Of a DNA stretch of 64,000 nt, positions 1 to 13,793 are shown in pieces. The stretch covers positions 124,001 through 188,000 of the forward strand of contig NW_020846706.1 in the NCBI RefSeq assembly GCF_003704095.1, read 5' to 3'. This DNA comes from Pocillopora damicornis (taxonomy: Eukaryota). The notes under the pieces are model-generated. The model searched no databases. It was not told the DNA's origin and saw only the letters and a list, made by a program, of their open reading frames with translations. The stretch's first letter is position 1; each line of letters begins with the position of its first letter. The position numbers and the translations under genes are program-made.

Positions 1-166
1 AATTACTTTGGAAATTGACCACAGAACAGAACCGAAACGTTTTAACGTGTTTAACATGAGGCGATAAAGGAAATGTTTTAATGAATATATAAAATTTCAG
101 TTAAACCGTTTTTTTCCAGATTCGAGAAACAAATAATAAGCTGGCATTTTAATTCGATATTTAAAA

Positions 167-901
167 CTGAGAAACTCAGTTGATTCATCTAGATATTGCC
201 GTTTAGTTAGACACTTTTAAACTGGGCCATCTATTTTAAACAACATTGAAGGATCTTGGCGCTCTGAGATATTCTTCTTATACATGAATAAGCACGCTCA
301 AGATTGGAGACCAGTCAAAAATGGTTGTTTGTTGTCGTATTTTTTTGGACGTATTTGCTTGCTTGTTTAATTAAAGAAACCCCATTTTCCATGTGCAAAC
401 CTCGTGGTAGGGCTAGACCTTGAACTTAAGCACCATGCCATCATAATAGCCACAAAGAATGAATGACATAAGAATTAAAATCAATTCAACTCTTACTCTT
501 ACTTAACTTTATTATTTTTGAAAGTGAAAGATATGATAGTAAAGGGGGGTCAAATTTCAGTTTACTGACATCAATGAATTGCAACTGGTGATCATTTGCT
601 CTTAACAAGGATCCTTCGGCAGTAACCTGGATTTAATGGTAAGTTAAAGATACAACTTAAAAAGTATGTCAAATTTGTTTATGTTACATGAAAGACGTCC
701 TCTAAACAGGTATTGGATGACTTGTAATGAGTTTCAACCTGTGCTAAAAGCTCAACAATCCTCTGTGTTAAGACTGAGGCAGACTCATCAGATAGAAGTA
801 TGTTGGATGAAGGCCCTTCCCTATTAAAGACTTAATGATGATCATTCTTACGATAATTGAATAACACAAGGGTATCCAAAACAAAAACACACCCTCACGT
901 G
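167..901 (+). repeat. Copy 1 of a ~0.72 kb direct duplication (copy 2 at 1002-1721)
   Basis: ctgagaaactcagtt...acaaaaacacaccctca recurs right after the N gap with scattered substitutions and indels; either a tandem duplicate or an uncollapsed haplotype. Confidence 0.85.
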
Positions 902-1001
902 NNNNNNNNNNNNNNNNNNNNNNNNNNNNNNNNNNNNNNNNNNNNNNNNNNNNNNNNNNNNNNNNNNNNNNNNNNNNNNNNNNNNNNNNNNNNNNNNNNN
1001 N

Positions 1002-1721
1002 CTGAGAAACTCAGTTAAGTCATCTAGATATTGCTATTTAGTGAGATACTTTTAAACTGGCGTATCTATTTTGATCAACATTGGAGGATATTCTTCTTAC
1101 ACATGAATAGGCATATCACACGCTGAAAATTGAGGACCATTCAAAAATGGTTGTTTGTTGTTGTATTTTTGGACGTATTTGCTTGCTTGTTTGATTAAGG
1201 AAACCCCAATTTTCCATAAGCAAACTTTGTGATAGGGCTAGACCTTGAACTTAAGCACTATGCCATCATAATAGCCACAAATAGTGAATGATATACGAAT
1301 TAAAACCAATTCAACTCTTACTCTTACTTAACTTTATTATTTTTGAAAGTGAAAGATATAACAGTAAAGGGGGGTCAAATTGCATTTTACTGACATCAAT
1401 GAATTGCGACTAGAGAGATATCGGTGATCATTTGCCCGTAAGAAGAATCCTTCCGCAGTAACCTGGAATTAGTGGCAAGTTAAAGATACAGCTTAAAAGG
1501 TATGTCAAATTTGTTTATGTTACATGAAAGACGTCCTCTAAACAGGTATTGAGTGACCTGTGCGAAAAGCTCAACAATCCTCTGTGCTAAGACTGATGCA
1601 GACTCATTAGATAGAAGTATGTTGGATAAAGGCCCTTCTCTATTAAAGACTAAATGATGATCATTCTTACAATAATTGAATTAACGCAAGGGTATCTAAA
1701 ACAAAAACACACCCTCAAGTG
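1002..1721 (+). repeat. Copy 2 of the ~0.72 kb direct duplication
   Basis: Colinear with 167-901. Confidence 0.85.
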
Positions 1722-2249
1722 TCAGTTAAGTTGTATTTTAGCAGTATTTGAACGTCTCGCGAGTTCTTGTCGACGAACCGGTAGTTTTAAAACGATAGTC
1801 TTTTAAAGGTTTAACTTTTTAAAGACTGTCTCTAAAATTAAGGGGCCTACGGCTCTATATTTCACTGCAGGATTTAAATGATTCGGTCATTTAATGACGC
1901 ATGTTTCTTTAAATACCACTTGAAGAAATTCTTGAGCTTTACAATTAAGCACTCTTTCGAGTTTGTTTATGACTTGCCTTCTTTTTAGTGGCATGTATTA
2001 TATATTTGCTTTTGTCTATTTTAAAGTTTGCGCGTTTGGTTCAAATTCAGTGGTGTGAAGTCAAACATCCCATTTTTAACTGGTGTGAATTCCGGCTTTT
2101 AAATTTCCAATTGAATAAGAATGAATTCGAAATATCTTTAAACAGGAAGCCTGTTTGTGAATTTCACCCAAAGAGCCTTTTGATAGTAAACGAAGCTGTT
2201 TACAACACGTCAATCTGGTCAGTTTTTTAAGTACGAAGAACAACATTGA

Positions 2250-2545
2250 GACCTGGAACGAACAGTTCGTATGTGGACTCTGAACGGACAGGCAGTTCCG
2301 AAATCCAACCTTGGAATCTCAATCGTCCGTTGGTTTTGAACCTCATAACCGACCAAGTGACTTTCTTTAACCATATTNNNNNNNNNNNNNNNNNNNNNNN
2401 NNNNNNNNNNNNNNNNNNNNNNNNNNNNNNNNNNNNNNNNNNNNNNNNNNNNNNNNNNNNNNNNNNNNNNNNNNNNNACAAAGTGCCCAACGCTTAGGTT
2501 CTTGCCGATGCCAGTTTCCCTATAATATACACAATACTCAGACAA
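2250..2545 (-). other. Possible fibronectin type III coding fragment split by a gap
   Basis: EYCVYYRETG ... TIEIPRLDFGTACPFRVHIRT resembles FN3 strands C, E and F; weak and interrupted by Ns. Confidence 0.25.
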
Positions 2546-2990
2546 TGCGAACTGCGCTGGAAGATGGTCAGATCCCCAAAGACATCTTCAATGATCAACT
2601 TGCTTTGGGCAAAAGACCCCAAGCGCACCCCCAGCTTAGATATAAAGATATTTGCGAGCGCGACATGAAGGCTCTGGACATCAATACAGAGATCTGGGAG
2701 GATACTGCAGCAAACCGCAACAGCTGGCGCTNNNNNNNNNNNNNNNNNNNNNNNNNNNNNNNNNNNNNNNNNNNNNNNNNNNNNNNNNNNNNNNNNNNNN
2801 NNNNNNNNNNNNNNNNNNNNNNNNNNNNNNNNNNNNNNNCCCCCCCCCCTTCACAAGCAACTACGTCTGCACTTTGTGCAGCAGAGACTGCCACTCCCGC
2901 ATTGGTCTTACCAGACACCGACAATGCTGTTCTAGTCACAACACCACGACCTCCTCGGCCGCAGTATCCATGGTCGACATCGACCGAAGG
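2545..2990 (+). mobile_element. RTE-clade LINE 3' fragment (degenerate)
   Basis: LEDGQIPKDI...GKRPQAHPQLRYKDICERDMKALDINTEIWEDTAANRNSWR, then YVCTLCSRDCHSRIGLTRH (C-terminal zinc knuckle), typical of the RTE ORF end. Confidence 0.8.
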
Positions 2991-3960
2991 AGGTCGGGAC
3001 ACTTTAAAGACAAAACAAAAGCGCTTAAGGGCTCAAAGAAACCGATCCTTATTTGTTTTGGAATTTTTCTTGTGTTTAAATTGGCTCGTACATATCATAA
3101 GCTAGATAAATACGCAAAAAAATATTTCTTGTCACAGGCACTTTAGTTTTGGTAACTACCTCGGGAGAAATTACTAAAAATTAAAAACATTCAAAAAGGC
3201 TAAACTTTGCCTAAAAGTATTATAACTTCATTGACGGCGAATGTCTTTTAGCAGGGCTGTTTTCATTGCTTTAGCATCGTGGTACAAAATTAAAATTTCA
3301 TACAGCTGATTTTTATAGTTAATTGACGCTAACTAACAGTCAAATGGCTTTCTGCGAAATAGCGCAACAGCGTGCGTATTTGACCTTCCTAGTAAAAGGA
3401 AATTTTGCCAAATATATTATAAACAAATGATCGAATGTTTCCTTGTAAACTTAACGATAAATATCTTAAATTATCCTGCTCGACTTGGGCAATTTCTGCA
3501 AGTTCTGAAACAAGTAACACTTCTGGAAGGGATATTTGTCCTAAATTTTACGTGGCCCATGCGATTACTTATACAAATTCACTCCCTCCATTCCTCCTCC
3601 CTTCCAGACTATTTTCCGAGGTCATTAGCTCGCAGCCACTTAGTTGATTATTATTTTCTCTCTTTGTTATCTTCTTATATATGAAATAATTGGTCGTCTA
3701 TTAATGATTTACCCGATACGGCACAAAAAGGAATGATACCAAAACCACATGTTTAAACAAAGTTTGAGTGGTAATTGCAAACTAACAACAGAAGTTAAGC
3801 GGAGAAGCAGACCGCGACGAAAGCTGACTACATCGTTAAAAGTCTCCTCATTGTCTAAGTGGCAAATCGTTACTTATATAACATAATAACAAGAGATCTG
3901 AAATAAGGAAGGACAATTCACTCTGGATCTTGATAGATACTCACACCCAAAAATATTCCT

Positions 3961-6760
3961 AATAAGTGCTACAGTAATGCTCTTGGAGTTTCCGATCCGC
4001 TCATTCTTGACAGCCTTATCAGTGCAAAAAGTAATTACCTGGTCAACGACCTACCATCATATGGACGTCTGAACGGTACCAGAGAAGATGGATGGTGCGC
4101 CGAATTAAACGATGACGAACAGTGGCTTTATGTCGATCTCGGGAAAGTTACTGAAGTGAGAACTGTTGCAACCCAAGGAGAACATGGTCTGTAATTCCGT
4201 TTATAAAATAATTGAAATGGTACGCGCGCTCTGATTGGCCATAAAACCATTTTAGATGAGCGTATGTAAACACGGTTTTCGTACCTCTTTCATTAGTTAT
4301 TTTATAAAAGAAATGTAAAATGGTTTCTGTGTTTACATAACCTGATGTAAACACGCGGGAGGTTGGGAGAACACGAGATAAGCGTAGGAAACCACGACGC
4401 GAATTCAAAAAATCACATAAAGTTATATGAAATTCTTTGAAACAAGGGAGATCTCTGATAAACAACCTCAAGGCATTCGTGGAGATACATCCTCAGCGAC
4501 TGGTCCGAATGGTGACACGGGTGGATCTATCTAATTCTCCGGGAATGCGAACAGCTACTTCGAGTTCCCAAACTATGAGGGATTAGACTTGGATAACTCA
4601 ATCACATTTTTACGTTGGCTGTATCCTGAAAATACACACGACGGGCAAATATGTATTCAGTTACAAATCAAGTAGTAACTGGGTCGTTCACTTTTGGATA
4701 GTCCAGTATGGAAATCTTTTCGTTCAGTTCAGAAACAGAGAGCACTTATCTACATCCGTTCTGGACCAACCAGGCTCTGGCGTCATACCAATGGCATTAT
4801 GTTGGTGCTTCTTACCACTATACAACTGTCCGAATAGCAAGTACATGGGTTAATGAAGTGAAAGCAGTACAGACGAATAATATCGGGGCCGGCATAACGT
4901 CAGAGTTGATGTCAAAGCAGACGATCCCCGTTATTTGACAACAAAACGTATTGCCATGCAGTTTTATGACGTAGCCTTAGCAGCAGAGCAAATAAATAAA
5001 GTGAAAAATCTTGGCTCAGATAAAGATGAATATAATGAGTTATACTGAGAACAGCTATGTGTGGCATTTACTTATACTTATATGTTTTCAGTGTATTCGA
5101 AATGGTCAGTTAGGTTTCCTACAAACCTTTTACTTTAACTAATGATTTATTGATGAATTCATCTGAAAACTCGATGGATAACTGAATGCATTCACAGACA
5201 TCTGCAATGGTCAAATTTATATGTAATATTTATTCTGTTTCATTAGACATTTCAAAAAAATATTTTAAAATGTATTAAGGCCCTGTATTAAATGTCCTTA
5301 ATAACATTGAAATCTGCACGAGCCTGTTGATAGTGGTTATACTCAAGATTGGGATATAACTTTGTTCCCATAATTTCTATTTCTGCCTAGATGAAGATGA
5401 ATGTCAGCATCAGAAACACAATTGTGACTTTTGGCTTATATGACTGCACTTGTCTAAATGAGTACTCAGGACGTGGTGTGAACTCTCTGGGTAAGTACTA
5501 CTCATATATCATTACGTGAATATAAAGCTACACGACTGTGTGTCTCGTATTTTGGGTAATCTAGCGGATTGTCTTTCCACATGATGCAGATAACCACTGG
5601 TGTCTTAAACAAGAAAAATAACTGGGGGTAAATAACGCTTCAAGCTCTGATAAAAGGCCCTTACTGCTGCAACCTGAAACAATTCAACTCTTCGAGATAC
5701 ACGCTCGTTCCTATGATTCTATAGAATGACGACGAATGTGCAATATCAGCTCATAACTGTCATGGCGTTGCTCACTGTTTTAAGAATTCGGGATCCCTGT
5801 GAGTGCCGAAAAAACTACATTGGTCATAGAATATCTTGTGAGTACGTTGGTAAGAATTAAGTCAAAGTTTAGTAAAAGAATATTCAGCTGATAAGTCTTT
5901 TCTACCATCCGTTTATTGTCTTAGAACCGCTCGGACACGAGGAATAACGTGTAAGGCACAGTTTTATCTAAACGGGCATTCGTCACAGATCGTAGAAATG
6001 TCAAGCATAGGGCTATTTCATGGCGTTAACGTTGATGTAAAACAGGTCAATTCATCAGGAATTAAACCCATATTATCAACATTTGTTTTTTTTTTTGAGG
6101 GGGAAGAATGACGCAAAAAAACTAACTATAGTACACTCAGGAGATTTCTCAGTGACCATCAGAAACATTTGAAAAGACAAGTATTAGGCCACACCTCGGC
6201 AGCGTTTAGCCAAAAGTGTCCAAAAAGCCCTGATACAGGGTCTGAATAAAGATTTAACCGTGAAATGAAGCTAGCTGCCTCTGAGTCAGCATAAGAACTA
6301 AAGTTGGTCAAGGGACAACGGAGTGGACGAAAAACAAACGATCCATACCTGCTGCGTCTATCAAGTGAAATTCAATGCTACATATGAAGTCGGAGATCTA
6401 GCATCCCCCAAAGTTCTCAATGCCTTTGATTATGGCTTCATCGAGGTTATTACAGCTCCCGTGCGAGCCATTACATTATTGGTGGAGAAAGCAGTGAACG
6501 GTTAGGGTCCAAGCAAAACGTCACTGTGAATGCCTCATTAACTTACGACGCAAACGTTGGTCCTGGAATACATACCGGGCTCAATTTCACTTGGTCCTAT
6601 CGAAGTGACACTTCTGTAAGCAACACTTGTTTCGGTTCTTTTCAAAACGAAGGAGACTTAAACCTTACAAGCATTACTATCGATCCAAGTAAACAGGAAA
6701 TCGATAAGTTCCTTTGCTGAAATGTCCTTTGCGATAGCTGCTAGAGAGGTACCTCAGGTG
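3961..6760 (+). pseudogene. Decayed extracellular mosaic gene: F5/8 type C (discoidin), LamG-like, two EGF_CA and a REJ/PKD-like segment
   Basis: 3961-4194 reads CYSNALGVSDPLILDSLISAKS...GRLNGTREDGWCAELNDDEQWLYVDLGKVTEVRTVATQG then stops. ~4480-5020 is a frameshifted LamG-like stretch (WHYVGASYHY). EGF-like exons lie at ~5391 (DEDECQHQKHNC) and ~5724 (NDDECAISAHNCHGVAHC). ~6350-6720 reads FDYGFIEV...NASLTYDANVGPG..LNFTWSY. Many stops and frameshifts. Confidence 0.65.
4200..4470. repeat. Short interspersed repeat inserted into the discoidin exon
   Basis: Non-coding block (gcgcgctctgattggcc...gatgtaaacacgcgggaggttgggagaacacgagataagcgtaggaaaccacga) that abruptly interrupts the F5/8C frame; resembles a common coral repeat. 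Confidence 0.5.
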
Positions 6761-9700
6761 ACCCTCAGTTCATTGTTATGTGGCATAAGCTGTCAATACG
6801 AGAAAATGTAATACTCAAGGAATCGGAATGAAAAGCTCACTATTCTAGAAAAGCTGGCTTTATTTATCACAACAAAGTTTCCCAGAAGTAAACGTGCTTA
6901 AACTGGAAGGGGAAGTCCTAAGAAAGGTATGCAACGTTTTAATGAGAGAGTAAAGATGATAATCTTGCTAAAAGTAGAGAAGTAGAGTGCATTTAACATA
7001 TAAAGGAATATTTTGCCCTGTAGTATCGCTTAACCTTTTTATAGTTATAGAACTGAAATTGATTAGCTAGTTAGTAGGTGAATAGCAAGTACTTTTCATC
7101 TTTGAGCAGCCGATGAAACAAAAGCGCGGGTCAAGAGTTCAATTTCCTACCTTTTTTTTGGTACTTTGAAAGAATAGAGCAACTTTTTTGTATCTTTGTG
7201 GTATATTTAAAATAATTATTAATTCACTCAACAAAACAACACCATGGCTTCGCCTCACAGAAGGCAGTAGTCATAAAATTTATCGAAAGTTTTCGTAGCC
7301 ATTAATGCGAAAGCAAGTAATGAGTAGAAAATATTACTACTTCCTGGGCGAAGATCTAAAAACACAGATAATGAAAGTCGTGTTGATAACCCTTAGCGTG
7401 TTGATAACCCTTATCTGTTTTGAGATAAATCGCAGCGATTTTGATCGAAGATCATATTCTTATGCTGAGGCGTTATTCGAATATCACGGTAACCAAACCG
7501 TCAGAGCTTTCAAAGATGGTTCGAGTTTCTCTCACGTGGATTTTTTAGATTACTTTGTACGGTGAATACCGCTACAATTAATGTCAAATACTTCTAGTTG
7601 GACGTCAAGGACGTTAAAAAGATATGTCTGTTAACGTAATCTTCTTTATCTTATTTCATTACTACTTTTTTATAATCAAAGTGCTCTGTGAGCAAACTCG
7701 TGAATTGACAGCTGACTCGCATGATTTTTTGGATCATGTTTAATGTTATCTGGTTTAGGGAATTTTGTGGTTGATTGTCATAGTTCAGTGTTCGCTAATG
7801 TAGCAAAGAAACAAAGTAACGTTGGCATTAGCGTTATGCTATTACATTTGACAAGGGTGGATGATGTCATGTGTTTTAAACATATATCATTTTTGTTTTT
7901 GGTTCAAAAGAAAAGGTTGGAAGTAAATGAGGGTGAAAAGTGAAATTAGCTGTCTATCATTGTAAATATTGGAAAATCAAGGCAATACTGTCTTAATGGA
8001 AACATTAATGATTCCCTCTTTATCAAATGAGACAAACGGGAACGAGTTTTGAGTGATATAACTAGGTCCTGCCACCGTCATTTTGGATTTCCGCCTGGGT
8101 AGATTTTGGTCACGTGCTAGGCAACGTATAATCAAGAACAAGTAAGAATTTCATTTCAGGCCAATTTATCAATTTTGTGGTGTATAACTTTCGAATTTTA
8201 GTACGTAATAGTTATTTTGAATCTTCAAATTGTCTTGAAACTAAAAAAAAATGTTCTTAAAAAATTCACTGAAAATCTGTAGCCAAAATGATTTGTTTTG
8301 GAGTTATTTGATTTTAGTGTTAACTTGTAATTTCGTCAGTCGCCGGCACCTTCTGTTGCTTCACACAGAAAAAACACACGATACGAAATGTAATGATCGA
8401 TTTTGTCCCCAATCTCACGCCATAACAGAAAAAGCTACTGAACACCAGTAACCTCCGAACGCTTCGGAGTAAGTGATATTTTTAATGAATCATCGGATTG
8501 TTTTCAAGTTCAAGGATTGTAAACTACAATTTTATGAAAAACGAAGGTTGTTCTCTTATTTCAGTGTGAATCCTCGCACGCCTGCCAGTCGCTGGCGCGG
8601 CTTATTGAAACTAAAACGAAAAAAATAAACTCTTTTAAAATTATCATTGGCTTCTTTCTCACGCCACCACTATTCTTAGCAACAAAGGTCGCCATTTCGT
8701 TTGTTCGTTACTCACCAAAAACTATCAAATGCACTCAAAAGCCTAAAATCGAAAAAACGTTTACAGGAATCGATCAGTCGAGCGAGCCAGCGAGCGAGTG
8801 CCATTCGCCACATCATATCTACTACTCGCTCTTGCGCATGCGCGCAATTCACTAGTTAAAAGGAAAGAAATTATGGGTTCCGCAGGTTCCGGAGGTTCCG
8901 TAGTCCGCTGATCCTCAGTTAGGTTACACTCCGATGCACATAAACTCCCGCGTTGTAACGTTTCTGCATGGTATTTTGTCCGTAAATAACACTAAATGTG
9001 CAAAGGCTCCATAAAAATATATATGTTAACAGTAAGACATGTAATCATCAAAATAACGGGTCAAGAATTTTATTACTTGAGCTTTCTGTAGAAAATCCAA
9101 GTTTGAATTGAGTCGTGCATTTCGTCGTCTATCTTCCGAAATGGCTCTTCCGGTGTTTCTGCGCAGGCACTAGTTATCAGGCCAGACAATCGAAAAAAAA
9201 TTCGAAACTTAGAAACTTGAAATCATTTCACCTTGAAATATGGTGTTTGAAGGACAATGTCGATAATTTTTATAAAAACGTGCGTCTCACAGTCGCTTAT
9301 AAATATTTGTGTGGAAAGCAACAATCTTTAAATCTAATTAAACAATTAGTGAATGACCTTTAGCTGTTCCCACGACTCTTGTTTCACATCAGAACGTAAA
9401 CAATCGAAACGACTGAAAATAGTGTTGAGTTTGTACATAAAATAGATTTTATCAATTTTTGTTCATCGATGTTTAGATAAACTTTAAAGAGAAATTTGCG
9501 TGTTGAAGGTAAGGAGCGACTGAAAGAACTGAAGTTAATCTTGAGTTGTCTTCGGTCTCACTTTGTGAGACTGTTCCCAAAGCTTCCAAAAGTCACGGAT
9601 CACCTACTTGCAAAAGCATGATGTGTTATTAAAAATTTGTTTCAGTAATGAGGCTTTGGAAAGGCATTAACTGAGATGAGAATAGAGATATTATCTCTTT

Positions 9701-11012
9701 TTTGTTGCAAAGAAGGGGCAAATTAAAGGTAGACAACTATTAAAACAGTTTCTGAAAGATTTATTCTGGGAATTATTATGTCACTAACTTTGAAAAACTT
9801 TGTCGTATTCAAATAAGGCGCTTATCACAGTTACAATGGGAAACCTGGCTGCGGTGCTGGATGTGTGATTGAAATACTTCTTCTGATGATACAAACGTAG
9901 GTAAAATTCAGGATGCTTGCCAACTTTACGGTGCGCAGATTACACAAAGGGTCAGGTTACGCGAATATCCTTCTTAGAAATCTCAAGACTCGTTGAGTAC
10001 GCAGTTCATCTGAAGGTAATCCAGTCTGCCACTCAGTGCCTCTGTCGTCCGCATGAAAACACGTTTAAAGATGACCTCTTCCCCTCAGTTGCAAACAGTC
10101 ACTTTGAGATCACGGTGCTCGAAATGTCAACACATGGGGCATTATCATTGGCTTTCTAAAAGAAGATAAATCATGCACACGAGAGGACTGGTTGCGAAAA
10201 AAAAATACTTTTACTTCCGAACTTCGAGGTAGGCAAGGATATGGCAAAATAACAGTCGAATCAAACCCTTGAAGTCATGAAAGAAACGCTGCTGATAGAC
10301 ACTATAAGCCAAACCTTTCCGAAATGGTTCAGTCAAATCACCTCGAATAAAGCCCCTGTACTTAATGGATGATTAACACATTTTTTTTATTGGAACAAAA
10401 GAACATTAAAGTAAAAGTCTTTTCCATCCTTGTTTGGAAAGATTACACAACGGGTCAGGTAAAGTTCAAAGGGTTTCTAAGAAATTAAAGATATTTTGTG
10501 TAAACTGTTAGCTTGAAAATGGTTAGATACGAGAAACGAAGAAAAGAAATGATTTCAGAGAACAAGCTTTTCTTAATGACGCTCAGTGAAACTGTCAGGT
10601 GAGCCTGCCAAAAACAATTTTCTCGAGGAACGACTTGACTAAATATCGAATTTTTGGCAACTAATTTTAGACTGGCAATTCTATCCTATCTTAACTAGGG
10701 TATCGAGAATCAGTCATCAGACATGTATGATCACGAGATTGAAACATGCAGAGACCTGCCTTGACTGTGAGTAGCAATAAAACTACAAAGCTTGCATATC
10801 AGTTGCCATTTCTTCGCATCTCGGGAAGAGATACATTCAGCTTCTTGTGCTGTTTATCCTTGAGTTCACGGCGCTGCAATATTTCTGCCAAGAATATCGG
10901 TATGATTGGAGCTTATTTATCAAGAGTGATAGAGTAACTGGGCTTCACTTTATATATTTTTCCTTTTTTTATAGATTTCCACTCTCGTTGCACTTTCTGT
11001 TTCGCTTTTGTG

Positions 11013-12302
11013 ATGGGTGCAAAGCTGTTGATTTTTACGCTGATCGGTTTGGCGATCTCTGTGGATGGTTCTGATGATCCAAGTAAGCGACAGCTGATTT
11101 TAAAACATATCTTAAAAATTCATTTGAGAACGTGGAGATTTGTTTTCTTTAAAATGGTCACTACATTCCTGTATACAAGTCGCTTTGTATGCAAGAATCG
11201 AAATAACTCTCAGAATGCGAGCGCTGAAAACCAAATTGCGCCTAAGTTGTTTCTTAAAAGCATATTTAATTTCTTGATAATTTTGGTCTAAGATAAGATT
11301 TTCATATCGTGAATTTTCCAAAACAAGATTCACTCAAATTCACAGACCTTCCGCGATGCGACTGGCCAAGAGGAGTGTGCACTTATGTTAATGATCCGTG
11401 TCCACCGGACATACCATATGACTGCCGAGACCAGATGTACTGTCCATTAGGAACAAACAAATGCTGCTGCCGGTATCCGCAACCAAAGCCACGTAAGTCA
11501 CAGACAACCCTTAGCAAATCTATTTAAATATTTTGAGATTCTGAGAAAGCTGTGTCTTGACATGTTCGCGAACGTCATGAATCTATGGAATGCAAGTGAG
11601 ACACCTTCAGGTCAGCTGTGGCTAATCATAAACTCCATAATTTCTTGGCAATCTCGGTGTGAATAATACATGTCACTAAAGTACCAAAACGTTTTTATTT
11701 TCAAGCATTGTTGCCACTAGTTCCCCATTTACGTATGAAAGACGTAGATATCGTCAGATGTAATCGTGAGATATCGACTCCATTCTTCGAGTAAGCCATC
11801 AACCCATCTCCACCCCTTTCTTCTTAATCTCATATTACATTTTATTCAAGGGAGAATAAGGTCCTCTCTTGATTTTATCCGAATAACACTTCCTTCTAGC
11901 CATCACCTTTTCAAAAGATCTGGATATGTCTATTTTAACTTAAAGTATATGAACCATTAACGGGATTTGCTTTAAGATAAATCTAATTTTTGTGATGTTG
12001 TCTTATAAAAATTTTATACCTACACCGTTATGGGAGCTCTGGAGAAGATGAGTTGTACCTTTATTCCAAGAGTAGCTAACTAGACAAGAATAAATACTTA
12101 TGGCTACGTTAAGTCGCTTTTGAACAATTTAATGTTTACGGACAAATCCTTCGAATTCACAGATGTTCCGAGATGCGACTGGCCGAAGGGTGTGTGTACT
12201 TATATTGATGATCCGTGTCCACCGGACATACCGATTGACTGCCGAGACAAAATGTACTGTCCATTTTCTACAAACAAATGCTGCTGCCGGTATGCAATTT
12301 AA
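11013..12302 (+). CDS. Secreted small cysteine-rich protein (SCRiP) precursor with two tandem 8-Cys domains; exons 11013-11082, 11346-11492, 12163-12302 (~118 aa)
   Basis: Signal peptide MGAKLLIFTLIGLAISVDG; phase-1 GT-AG introns. Domains CDWPRGVCTYVNDPCPPDIPYDCRDQMYCPLGTNKCCC and CDWPKGVCTYIDDPCPPDIPIDCRDKMYCPFSTNKCCC follow the SCRiP C-x6-C-x6-CP-x6-C-x5-C-x6-CCC pattern. Confidence 0.85.
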
Positions 12303-13029
12303 CCAACACGATATTTTTTTCTTTTCTTTTTTTTTTTTCTTTTTTAAATGCCCATAGCTTTTACTATATGTATATGTCTGTATGTGATGCTTGAAAAAAC
12401 GTTTTCACAATGTGTGATACAAACTACATAGGAAGCCTCCACATACATGTATTCTCGCTATTTCTGGTTTACCTTGGATGACAAAGAAATATCGTTTACT
12501 TTCTATCTCTTTCAGTACCTCGGAGAAGATAAAGGAGGCAGAGAAAATCGGGAAAAAGTCTGAATTGTAATCAATCTGAATTCTTTTCCTGTCAAACACT
12601 GATGAGATAGTTGAGGTAGAGGTGTTAAAAAACAATCCAAATTGAAGTGGAATAAAAGCCATTTTGAGTTTCTTGATGTTTGCTCTTCAAACGTGGGATG
12701 CCTTAGAAAGAATCCACCCGTGCAATCCTCATGCACCTCCTTTTGCTGATTAACACGTCATTTTTGTGTATGGCCTCCTATACTTTAAGACAACACACCT
12801 TTGATCGGAGTCAACTATAATTAGGCTCATTTTGAAACGGTCATGAGAAACAATAGTTAGTAAACCCTAGTGTCAGCAAACCGTATATTTTCATACGAAA
12901 ATGCTATGAAAAAGCAGACAATCATCAACTGATGGCTAGATAATATCTTTGAGCCGCTCATTACGTTAAAATTATTAGACTATGGTAATGATGTACGCAA
13001 GTGAATGCAGAAACTAAATGGTATAACCT

Positions 13030-13477
13030 CTCTCTGTTGTTTGCTTTCGGATCCTGTTTCCGAAAACGGAAATGGACACAACGCTTTCCATCACATCGAC
13101 TTCATTCTTAATTGTGTAATAATCAATTTACAAGTCTGACTGACCCCATGTTGACGTGATGCTAGGGTAAGACACGAAAACACTTCTTGTCACAACATAA
13201 CATGGAGTAAAAAACAACAAGAACAACACACAACTGGGTTAATATATGTGTTCCTCTTAACGTTCTTTTTCATTCGCTTACGAACCGAACAGTCTTTGCG
13301 TTGAGTCTTTGTCTTTGACATATAAACATGAAATCCTTCGACAAAGTCACGTAGTTTCTTCTCGTTCAGAAAATAATCCCCCACCCCTTATGCTGGAGCT
13401 AAAATAAACACAATAACTGATTATGTTTGCTTTTTTCTTAGAAATATACTTCTTAAATAAACAGACGGTCGTTGAGT
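13030..13477 (+). repeat. Segmental duplication block A (other copies ~17130-17580, ~24715-24766, ~27940-28380)
   Basis: tgtttgctttcggatcctgtttccg...caacgctttcca...gtctttgtctttgacat...aaacggtcgtt is shared. Confidence 0.8.
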
Positions 13478-13577
13478 NNNNNNNNNNNNNNNNNNNNNNN
13501 NNNNNNNNNNNNNNNNNNNNNNNNNNNNNNNNNNNNNNNNNNNNNNNNNNNNNNNNNNNNNNNNNNNNNNNNNNNNN

Positions 13578-13791
13578 CAAAACTGACCCGAAACCATATT
13601 CATTGCTTTTATCCATCTTCATTCTCTCGGATCGCACACAAAGAACTCACATTGGTAAATAAAACGATACATATTTAAAGACTTTAAAAGTGATGACAGC
13701 TTTTCTTCACTGGTTCCCTGTACATCCCAGAACGAAGCTTATTTAAGTGTTCAGCTTCGAAAATTATGCTTTTATCTGAGTTAATTCCAAG

Positions 13792-13793
<2 letters not shown>
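13578..13793 (+). repeat. Segmental duplication block B (other copy ~27290-27455)
   Basis: acccgaaacca.attcattgcttttatccatcttc...aagaactcacat...cagcttcgaaaattatgcttttatctg.gttaattccaagag is shared. Confidence 0.75.

Noticed and set aside
8918-9490. Possible TTAA-flanked MITE
   Set aside because: The putative terminal inverted repeats match too weakly to define boundaries.
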